64,000 bases of DNA, taken from Paramoeba atlantica. Lineage: Eukaryota > Protista > Discosea. The position numbers were made by a program, and so were the translations under genes. Within the stretch, counting starts at the first letter, position 1, and the number at the start of each line of letters is the position of its first letter. Shown here piece by piece: positions 33,601 through 44,207 of this stretch. Below the pieces are notes generated by a model that was not told where the DNA came from, ran no database searches, and worked only from the letters and a program-made list of their open reading frames with translations. The stretch lies in assembly GCA_977017575.1 (NCBI GenBank), contig CDRNVI010000021.1:124001-188000 (forward strand), read 5' to 3'.

Positions 33601-36600
33601 ATCTTTCCTCTCCCCTACTTAGTGTTTAATTTTGCCGAATTCTACTAAACACTAAATAGGGGGGGACGGTATAATTATAAAAATTAATGATCCCGTATAA
33701 ATGACCGCTATTTCAAAAAAAGGTCGGCGTTAGTACGATCTGTAAGATGGTAGTGCCAGGGAAATTGTTGGAAATAATTCGCGTAAGCACAAAACGATAG
33801 TGCTGAAATTCGGTTCAGAGCCTAGAGATTTTCCACGCCTCGTATATTTCACTGATTGTTTCGACAAGGCGTCCACAGCGTCGCATACTACGTTTTTGAT
33901 TGAAACTGATAACTGTTTTTTTAACGACAGGGTCGACCCCTCTTCGCTGGAGTCCGATTCTTCTTCGTTACCTGACTCTGCGCTATCAGGACTCAAAATT
34001 TGAAATTGTTCTGTGAGTTTATGCCATTGAATGGCCCCATTGGCATCGCAAAACCACATAAGTCGACGGTTCTGCTTATCCCAGAAGACAGGAACCCCTT
34101 AAGCCCCCTTAGCAAACAATACAGTGGCATATACGCTGCACTGCAATGAGCAAAAAGCTTCTCTTTGTTCTATAAAGCATTGGCCATGTATCCCCTCCAT
34201 CATACTTTCTCTGCACTAAACATGGCAGCACGTGTTGAACGGAGATAGTCTTCCCATAAATTACCAAATAAGTTTGTATTTTCTCACCATCTGCCTCCAG
34301 CATAGAAATCAACCATTTGCGCTTTTCTGTAAGAAATTTCTTCGAAGGGCGTCCATCCACGTTCACAAAATAATCCATCTTAAGTAGAGTAAAAGAAAAA
34401 ATTCTTTGGTTTAGAAAAAAGTTAAGAAATTGCGTTCGATTAATTTCTGATTTATAAAAATTAATGATCCGCATAAACTAAATTTTTATTCTGCACTCCG
34501 CGGCGGATGCAGCCCTTGCTCAAGAGCAGATGGAGCAATACGAATTTTCCCGAATTCAGGTTGATGAAACCTTTATAGGGAAACGGAAATATCAGCGGGG
34601 GAGGCGACAGCGCAAACGGGGGTGGTGGTTTGCGACAGTTACCGAGATTCGAGGTCAAGAAATGGGAAGAACCCATGGCTAGTGAAACGAAGAGATACGG
34701 AAACTCTTCATAACTTTATTCTTCCTCACTTGACAAGTGCGAGGGCTGTCGTGGTTAGCGACTGTTGGGGGGCGTACACCACTTTGGGTGACTTTTGTCG
34801 CCACCACGCTGTGAATCACAGCGTGGAGTTTGTGAACTCCCAAGGGTACCACACGAACACCGCTGAAGGGTCACATCGCATCATAAAGGACTGGGTGCGG
34901 AAACAGCACTACAATTTTGGTGCCACGTCCTTGGAATTGATGCGAAATGTGGCCCTTCAGTGTGTGAAGTTGGGGGACGTCCACAACGGGCGAGAGACCG
35001 CGTGGCAAGTTCGCATGGCAAACCTTTTCACGTGCTTCTTGGAATATTACGGAAGTGATGTAGATGATTTTGAGGACAGCGTCAGTTTGAGTAGTTGTCC
35101 GTCAGATTACATGAGCGAAGATGATTTCGTTCCAAGTGAGACTGACAGTGCTACAATGGAAGACAATTTTCGGTTCGTTTCGAAAGTTTTCGAGTGTAGT
35201 TTCGGTATCAACGAATATGGCGCCGCAAAGCGGCACCGTTTTTTTCCGCTCATTTTTTCATTTTTTATCTTTTTTTCACGTCTTTTTCATTGATCTTTCC
35301 TCTCCCCTACTTAGTGTTTAATTTTGCCGAATTCTACTAAACACTAAATAGGGGGGGACGGTATAATTATAAAAATTAATGATCCCGTATAAATGACCGC
35401 TATTTCAAAAAAAGGTCGGCGTTAGTACGATCTGTAAGATGGTAGTGCCAGGGAAATTGTTGGAAATAATTCGCGTAAGCACAAAACGATAGTGCTGAAA
35501 TTCGGTTCAGAGCCTAGAGATTTTCCACGCCTCGTATATTTCACTGATTGTTTCGACAAGGCGTCCACAGCGTCGCATACTACGTTTTTGATTGAAACTG
35601 ATAACTGTTTTTTTAACGACAGGGTCGACCCCTCTTCGCTGGAGTCCGATTCTTCTTCGTTACCTGACTCTGCGCTATCAGGACTCAAAATTTGAAATTG
35701 TTCTGTGAGTTTATGCCATTGAATGGCCCCATTGGCATCGCAAAACCACATAAGTCGACGGTTCTGCTTATCCCAGAAGACAGGAACCCCTTAAGCCCCC
35801 TTAGCAAACAATACAGTGGCATATACGCTGCACTGCAATGAGCAAAAAGCTTCTCTTTGTTCTATAAAGCATTGGCCATGTATCCCCTCCATCATACTTT
35901 CTCTGCACTAAACATGGCAGCACGTGTTGAACGGAGATAGTCTTCCCATAAATTACCAAATAAGTTTGTATTTTCTCACCATCTGCCTCCAGCATAGAAA
36001 TCAACCATTTGCGCTTTTCTGTAAGAAATTTCTTCGAAGGGCGTCCATCCACGTTCACAAAATAATCCATCTTAAGTAGAGTAAAAGAAAAAATTCTTTG
36101 GTTTAGAAAAAAGTTAAGAAATTGCGTTCGATTAATTTCTGATTTATAAAAATTAATGATCCGCATAAACTAAATTTTTATTCTGCACTCCGCGGCGGAT
36201 GCAGCCCTTGCTCAAGAGCAGATGGAGCAATACGAATTTTCCCGAATTCAGGTTGATGAAACCTTTATAGGGAAACGGAAATATCAGCGGGGGAGGCGAC
36301 AGCGCAAACGGGGGTGGTGGTTTGCGACAGTTACCGAGATTCGAGGTCAAGAAATGGGAAGAACCCATGGCTAGTGAAACGAAGAGATACGGAAACTCTT
36401 CATAACTTTATTCTTCCTCACTTGACAAGTGCGAGGGCTGTCGTGGTTAGCGACTGTTGGGGGGCGTACACCACTTTGGGTGACTTTTGTCGCCACCACG
36501 CTGTGAATCACAGCGTGGAGTTTGTGAACTCCCAAGGGTACCACACGAACACCGCTGAAGGGTCACATCGCATCATAAAGGACTGGGTGCGGAAACAGCA

Positions 36601-39600
36601 CTACAATTTTGGTGCCACGTCCTTGGAATTGATGCGAAATGTGGCCCTTCAGTGTGTGAAGTTGGGGGACGTCCACAACGGGCGAGAGACCGCGTGGCAA
36701 GTTCGCATGGCAAACCTTTTCACGTGCTTCCTGGAATATTACGGAAGTGATGTAGATGATTTTGAGGACAGCGTCAGTTTGAGTAGTTGTCCGTCAGATT
36801 ACATGAGCGAAGATGATTTCGTTCCAAATGAGACTGACAGTGTTACAATGGAAGACAATTTTCGGTTCGTTTCGAAAGTTTTCGAGTGTAGTTTCGGTAT
36901 CAACGAATATGGCGCCGCAAAGCGGCACCGTTTTTTTCCGCTCATTTTTTCATTTTTTATCTTTTTTTCACGTCTTTTTCATTGATCTTTCCTCTCCCCT
37001 ACTTAGTGTTTAATTTTGCCGAATTCTACTAAACACTAAATAGGGGGGGACGGTATAATTATAAAAATTAATGATCCCGTATAAATGACCGCTATTTCAA
37101 AAAAAGGTCGGCGTTAGTACGATCTGTAAGATGGTAGTGCCAGGGAAATTGTTGGAAATAATTCGCGTAAGCACAAAACGATAGTGCTGAAATTCGGTTC
37201 AGAGCCTAGAGATTTTCCACGCCTCGTATATTTCACTGATTGTTTCGACAAGGCGTCCACAGCGTCGCATACTACGTTTTTGATTGAAACTGATAACTGT
37301 TTTTTTAACGACAGGGTCGACCCCTCTTCGCTGGAGTCCGATTCTTCTTCGTTACCTGACTCTGCGCTATCAGGACTCAAAATTTGAAATTGTTCTGTGA
37401 GTTTATGCCATTGAATGGCCCCATTGGCATCGCAAAACCACATAAGTCGACGGTTCTGCTTATCCCAGAAGACAGGAACCCCTTAAGCCCCCTTAGCAAA
37501 CAATACAGTGGCATATACGCTGCACTGCAATGAGCAAAAAGCTTCTCTTTGTTCTATAAAGCATTGGCCATGTATCCCCTCCATCATACTTTCTCTGCAC
37601 TAAACATGGCAGCACGTGTTGAACGGAGATAGTCTTCCCATAAATTACCAAATAAGTTTGTATTTTCTCACCATCTGCCTCCAGCATAGAAATCAACCAT
37701 TTGCGCTTTTCTGTAAGAAATTTCTTCGAAGGGCGTCCATCCACGTTCACAAAATAATCCATCTTAAGTAGAGTAAAAGAAAAAATTCTTTGGTTTAGAA
37801 AAAAATTAAGAAATTGCGTTCGATTAATTTCTGATTTATAAAAATTAATGATCCGCATAAACTAAATTTTTATTCTGCACTCCGCGGCGGATGCAGCCCT
37901 TGCTCAAGAGCAGATGGAGCAATACGAATTTTCCCGAATTCAGGTTGATGAAACCTTTATAGGGAAACGGAAATATCAGCGGGGGAGGCGACAGCGCAAA
38001 CGGGGGTGGTGGTTTGCGACAGTTACCGAGATTCGAGGTCAAGAAATGGGAAGAACCCATGGCTAGTGAAACGAAGAGATACGGAAACTCTTCATAACTT
38101 TATTCTTCCTCACTTGACAAGTGCGAGGGCTGTCGTGGTTAGCGACTGTTGGGGGGCGTACACCACTTTGGGTGACTTTTGTCGCCACCACGCTGTGAAT
38201 CACAGCGTGGAGTTTGTGAACTCCCAAGGGTACCACACGAACACCGCTGAAGGGTCACATCGCATCATAAAAGACTGGGTGCGGAAACAGCACTACAATT
38301 TTGGTGCCACGTCCTTGGAATTGATGCGAAATGTGGCCCTTCAGTGTGTGAAGTTGGGGGACGTCCACAACGGGCGAGAGACCGCGTGGCAAGTTCGCAT
38401 GGCAAACCTTTTCACGTGCTTCTTGGAATATTACGGAAGTGATGTAGATGATTTTGAGGACAGCGTCAGTTTGAGTAGTTGTCCGTCAGATTACATGAGC
38501 GAAGATGATTTCGTTCCAAGTGAGACTGACAGTGCTACAATGGAAGACAATTTTCGGTTCGTTTCGAAAGTTTTCGAGTGTAGTTTCGGTATCAACGAAT
38601 ATGGCGCCGCAAAGCGGCACCGTTTTTTTCCGCTCATTTTTTCATTTTTTATCTTTTTTTCACGTCTTTTTCATTGATCTTTCCTCTCCCCTACTTAGTG
38701 TTTAATTTTGCCGAATTCTACTAAACACTAAATAGGGGGGGACGGTATAATTATAAAAATTAATGATCCCGTATAAATGACCGCTATTTCAAAAAAAGGT
38801 CGGCGTTAGTACGATCTGTAAGATGGTAGTGCCAGGGAAATTGTTGGAAATAATTCGCGTAAGCACAAAACGATAGTGCTGAAATTCGGTTCAGAGCCTA
38901 GAGATTTTCCACGCCTCGTATATTTCACTGATTGTTTCGACAAGGCGTCCACAGCGTCGCATACTACGTTTTTGATTGAAACTGATAACTGTTTTTTTAA
39001 CGACAGGGTCGACCCCTCTTCGCTGGAGTCCGATTCTTCTTCGTTACCTGACTCTGCGCTATCAGGACTCAAAATTTGAAATTGTTCTGTGAGTTTATGC
39101 CATTGAATGGCCCCATTGGCATCGCAAAACCACATAAGTCGACGGTTCTGCTTATCCCAGAAGACAGGAACCCCTTAAGCCCCCTTAGCAAACAATACAG
39201 TGGCATATACGCTGCACTGCAATGAGCAAAAAGCTTCTCTTTGTTCTATAAAGCATTGGCCATGTATCCCCTCCATCATACTTTCTCTGCACTAAACATG
39301 GCAGCACGTGTTGAACGGAGATAGTCTTCCCATAAATTACCAAATAAGTTTGTATTTTCTCACCATCTGCCTCCAGCATAGAAATCAACCATTTGCGCTT
39401 TTCTGTAAGAAATTTCTTCGAAGGGCGTCCATCCACGTTCACAAAATAATCCATCTTAAGTAGAGTAAAAGAAAAAATTCTTTGGTTTAGAAAAAAATTA
39501 AGAAATTGCGTTCGATTAATTTCTGATTTATAAAAATTAATGATCCGCATAAACTAAATTTTTATTCTGCACTCCGCGGCGGATGCAGCCCTTGCTCAAG

Positions 39601-40429
39601 AGCAGATGGAGCAATACGAATTTTCCCGAATTCAGGTTGATGAAACCTTTATAGGGAAACGGAAATATCAGCGGGGGAGGCGACAGCGCAAACGGGGGTG
39701 GTGGTTTGCGACAGTTACCGAGATTCGAGGTCAAGAAATGGGAAGAACCCATGGCTAGTGAAACGAAGAGATACGGAAACTCGTCATAACTTTATTCTTC
39801 CTCACTTGACAAGTGCGAGGGCTGTCGTGGTTAGCGACTGTTGGGGGGCGTACACCACTTTGGGTGACTTTTGTCGCCACCACGCTGTGAATCACAGCGT
39901 GGAGTTTGTGAACTCCCAAGGGTACCACACGAACACCGCTGAAGGGTCACATCGCATCATAAAGGACTGGGTGCGGAAACAGCACTACAATTTTGGTGCC
40001 ACGTCCTTGGAATTGATGCGAAATGTGGCCCTTCAGTGTGTGAAGTTGGGGGACGTCCACAACGGGCGAGAGACCGCGTGGCAAGTTCGCATGGCAAACC
40101 TTTTCACGTGCTTCCTGGAATATTACGGAAGTGATGTAGATGATTTTGAGGACAGCGTCAGTTTGAGTAGTTGTCCGTCAGATTACATGAGCGAAGATGA
40201 TTTCGTTCCAAGTGAGACTGACAGTGTTACAATGGAAGACAATTAATATTTCCTTTTTTTTGTACATAACTATATAGTTTGCTGGGACTCAGAGATGAAT
40301 CTGACTGGCTAAAATAAAAACAATAGAAAACAAAAAAAAATAAAAAAAAATAAAAAAAAATAGTTTTGGGCGCGGAAAATTACTGCATGCAAGGATTGAA
40401 TCCTTCTCCAGCTAAAGATTCAGTTTCCG

Positions 40430-40547
40430 TAGCCCACTTCTGGAGGCAAAAGCCGCCGTTTGCGAGCAAGGCCCAACGTTGAGCGAAGCCCACTTCTGGA
40501 GGCAAAAGCCCCCGTTCGCGAGCAAGGCCCAACTGTGAGCGTAGCCC
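40430..40547. repeat. Two tandem ~56-bp repeats
   Basis: agcccacttctggaggcaaaagcc.ccgtt.gcgagcaaggcccaac occurs twice. Confidence 0.8.
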
Positions 40548-40868
40548 TGGGACATAATAATATTTTTCGGCGACCCGCGCGCTGGAGCGCGCGGGTCGCG
40601 CACTGAGAACCTGTGTTTACCCCTTCCGCAGGATTGTCGCTCAAAATATTTATATGGATCAGTCAAAAACGCTTCGATGAAGACAAACAGAAAAAACAGT
40701 GAAATTCCTCTACGGGGCTTCACAAAACACTTCGATGAAGCACCAAAAAAGTCAGAATGTCTATATGGATCCGCGAAAAACCTTTCCGTGAAGATTTCAA
40801 AAAATTAAAAAGAAGTCAAAAACACCTTCGATGAGGCTTCATCGGAGGTTCCCCCTACCCTATATATT

Positions 40869-42226
40869 AATATATCGACGGGGTGAGATTTGCTGGAACC
40901 CGTCGTGAGGCTGCCGAATACGCAACATTTATTGATCGCAAATGTACGGAAGCGGGGGCGCTGTTTAAGGACGCTGGGAGCGCACCGTCGGAAGACTACA
41001 TATTTAATGGTGTACGCTATGACCATGCTGGTCATAAGGTGTCGCTCGGACCTAAGGTCGTCCACAAATTGAGCATGGACAAGTTTTACTCGGTGACTTT
41101 TGCAGAGCTTGAGGCGGCGGTGGGGCGTCTCGTATATTGCTCGGCTGTACTTGGGATTGTTATCCCTCAATATCATTTTGACTTGAAATTGGTCCAACGA
41201 CCGATTAATCTAATGAATCGTTGCCCCTGGATGGTAACACGTCTGGTCGACCTTCCTATTCGAACTCGGGCCATGCTCGCGGAATGGCGTAACGAAATCA
41301 TTGAAAACAAGCCAATCATACCACCGCCACACCCAGATTGTGTACAGCACCGTCATAGGCTGTACACAGACGCCTCGCGAAAAGGTTGGGGGGCCATTAT
41401 GTATTGTGATTATGGCGACATGCTCGTCGCAGGGAGTAAGTGGAAGCCCAACGCCACGTATGAGGTTAACAAGGCAGAGGCGGCGGCGGTACGACTCGCG
41501 CTGGAGAAATTTGACGCTCACCTGGTTAAGGGAACGTGTCTCGATCTATTTATTGACAACACGAGTTGTCAAGCCGCTATTAATAGGAAGATCGCGAAGT
41601 CCGACGGGATCGCAGGAGAACTTGTGCAGGTTTTGGATCATTCTAAGCGCAAGGGTATTCGCCTACAGGCGACATATGTTAAGAGTCAAGAAAATCCGGC
41701 AGATCCGATCAGCAGAGAGTTCTGATAATAGGGAAGATTGATTTGTGTGCTTGGAGTACAAAAACGAGTCATTACGTCTTGTGTGTTATATTTAGAAACC
41801 AAAAAAAAAAAACTAAAGAAGAAGCAGAGCATAGGAAAGGAAGACGCGAATATGTTTGAAGTGAATAGGTTTCGCATACTGAGGCCGGCTCCCTCAGGAT
41901 GTGGGACCGATTTGGTTCAAAAGGAGGTTTTCTGTGGTGAGCGACGGATTAGGTGACTGGTGTACGGGTGATGTGTGACGAGTGAGCGGGTGGTTGGCCG
42001 CGGGTCGGGGATGGGTTCCCCGATCACAAAGTATATTGTAGGAGATGTTGATTAGTTTCGTTTCTATAATAAGGCCTTTGAAATATCTACAAGGAGTGCT
42101 ATATACTATATATCATAAAGGTACGTTTTGATCTGATAATTAGCTCAGGTTATATTTCAACAATATTCTTTGATTTCGTTTGTTACTTCGGTTATATTTA
42201 TCAATGAACGAGGCGTGAATTTCTAT
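40869..42226 (+). mobile_element. 5'-truncated sister copy of the YR retrotransposon (RT end, RNase H, B1), without the 1.84-kb insertion
   Basis: Near-identical inverted copy of 9877-10240 plus 7036-8023; ORF 40883-41725; ends 3 nt past the TTC core. Confidence 0.9.
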
Positions 42227-42534
42227 ATGAGACGCCCCACCGTCGCCTCCAAATAAAAGTCTATAAAAGTCGGGTGATGAAATTGATCGGTTACGAGCTT
42301 CGACACTACCTTCGGACCCAAAGCTACCCGATGCATCCCGTGATCATAACGCACGCCGTTGAAGACGTATTGCTTCAGCGGAGTTTTCCCCACATCCTTG
42401 AAAGCCCCTCCGACGACCCGGCATCGGGTATCCACAAAGCTAGCGAATTTATTCGCCTCAGCATCCGTGCCCACAAAGCGGATGCCATCCACGTAGACGT
42501 CACATGCAGAATGTCCACCCTCAAAAGATAGAGT

Positions 42535-42746
42535 GGTTTTTTTGGTCAAGGGGCGCGTTATTTGCATTACCTAAGGCGCAGGGGTATAGCGCACCCCACC
42601 TCCCTAGCTTAGGCGCACGACTGACAACCCTTGCTGCGATGATCTGCTCTCGGGCGGGTTGAGCGCCGAGAGGCACCTCAGCTCTAATCTGGGGAAACCA
42701 TAGCCCTCGTTGGCCAAACGGTTTTATTAACAATAACAATAACAAT
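42535..42746 (+). mobile_element. Short structured insertion with the shared hairpin motif and an (AACAAT)3 tail
   Basis: Motif at 42544-42611; tail at 42729-42746. It occupies a deletion between YR and RT; boundaries are approximate. Confidence 0.45.
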
Positions 42747-42970
42747 GGGGCATCGCTGCACCCCAGGTGCCATTCAATAATTACGTGACTGCCCCCCTTT
42801 TGATGGAAAGAGTGCCGTAACCGGTGCCATTTCCCAGTATGTTTCGCATGTGAAGATCCATCTGTCGCACATTCGTTCGGCATACTGGTTGACGTTGGGG
42901 TAGATTGATCAGGTAGCTTGCCAATTCTTGTGTACCCTCGCCGGTGATGATTGCGTATAGGTACGGTCGA

Positions 42971-43490
42971 CATGATATATTCAGTCAGAGCATTCGACTT
43001 TTGTCGAATGATGGGGCGTAGCGACCCCAGCTTCCCTAGCTAACTCACCCGGCGTCGCACAACAAGACGCTACATACCTAGGGTGGGTACGATCAAGGCC
43101 CCGCGGATGACACTACCCGGTGCCAGCAAAACAAGGCACAAAATAACTAGGGTAACGGTCACCCAGACATCGCAGCGTGAGAATGACACCGCCCGGTACC
43201 GGATATAACAAGGTACTAAGGAACTAGGGTGGGTGTCATTCAGCATAATCTTTGGAGTGTGTTGTGTTTTTTCACTTCAAAAGAAGTGTTTTTTTCATAA
43301 AGAAGATCTTGTAGTATATGAAAGGGGTTAAAAAAAAAGATAAGCTGGCTGCTCGCGCTCGATCTGGTGAAATCTTCGGATTTGACTTGCGTGCTGCGTG
43401 GCACAGCTCCTAGCAAGCGATAAGGGGGGGCTTGTTCTAGGGAGGTAACATCTCCTCGGAGATATAATGCCTAAAAAAATCAAAAATCAA
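42971..43490 (+). mobile_element. 520-bp SINE-like retroposon with an 8-bp TSD (ACGGTCGA) and an A-rich tail, inserted in the YR gene
   Basis: TSD at 42963-42970 and 43491-43498; tail AAAAAAATCAAAAATCAA. The YR frame NPYRP|YLYA rejoins on removal. Confidence 0.75.
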
Positions 43491-43772
43491 ACGGTCGATA
43501 TGGGTTGAGTCGCGTGCTTTTCGTCGTCCTTCCCCGATAAATGACAATTTCTTCCGGATGTATCAGCACGAAGTTCACTCTTGTTAGCTGCGTAACCTCT
43601 GTCCACCTGGCTGCCGCCTTCCAACAAATTAGTATCGCCATCCATTCCGACGCTGTAACTCGACAAGCTAGCTTCTTTAGTAAATAAGGCGTGACGGGCA
43701 GCATCTGCCTTTGTGGCTCCAGTGCGCCTTGGGCTTGAAGAGCTCTAGGAGGCCTTGGGCTTGAAGAGCTCC

Positions 43773-44207
43773 AGGAGCGGTGCGGGCGTAGTTGGTAGAC
43801 GATGGGCCTTATAACCTGCAGGTTGTGGGTTCGATTCCCGCTATCGACAAAACTCGCAACCTGGCTGCCTCACTACAAAGGGAGAGCGATCAGGAGTGCC
43901 TTCAAGGCCCAACCAAACCCTGCTCCCCTGGAGGACCGACCCGGAACCGCCGGGCTGAACCAGGCTCCAGCGCACCCGCTAAATTGCGAGCTGCTTACGC
44001 AAAGGAGGCTTGAGACACAGCCTACACGATGCAACGGGGTTGGACGCCCGTCCTGGGAGCTACGGTTGGGTAGCCGTTCTCGGGCCGCAAGGCGTCGAGT
44101 GCCGTCCGGGAAGGGGGTAGCAAGACAATGAAGGTCAGTGACTTGAGACTCTACCCTAACGGTTGGCGCTGCAGATCCCTCCGTGTCTTCTTCTTCTCTT
44201 CTTCTTC
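43773..44207 (+). mobile_element. tRNA-headed SINE-like insertion with a (CTT)n tail and an 11-bp TSD
   Basis: Head AGTTGGTAGAC...CTTATAA...GGTTGTGGGTTCGATTCCCGC (A-box-like, B box, T arm). TSD TGAAGAGCTCT at 43736-43746 and 44208-44218. The YR frame YSRALQ|AQGALEP rejoins on removal. Confidence 0.75.

Larger units (their letters stand above)
19945..40244. repeat. Tandem array of 12 x 1691-1692 bp units
   Basis: Unit starts at 19945, 21637, 23329, 25020, 26711, 28403, 30095, 31787, 33479, 35171, 36863 and 38555. Units differ only by scattered SNPs and a 1-bp deletion in units 3-4. Confidence 0.97.

Noticed and set aside
19945-40244. The array as a pure assembly artefact
   Set aside because: Units carry shared, interleaved variants and the array has clean boundaries. 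Not excluded for the exact copy number.
43181-43241. SLA1-like H/ACA guide RNA for SL pseudouridylation
   Set aside because: The GGTA and GGAACT arms could flank the target U, but no upper stem closes the pocket and there is no AGA/ACA box.
43778-43850. Functional tRNA-Ile(UAU) gene
   Set aside because: The acceptor and anticodon stems do not pair, and it lies inside a TSD-flanked insert. Treated as a SINE head.
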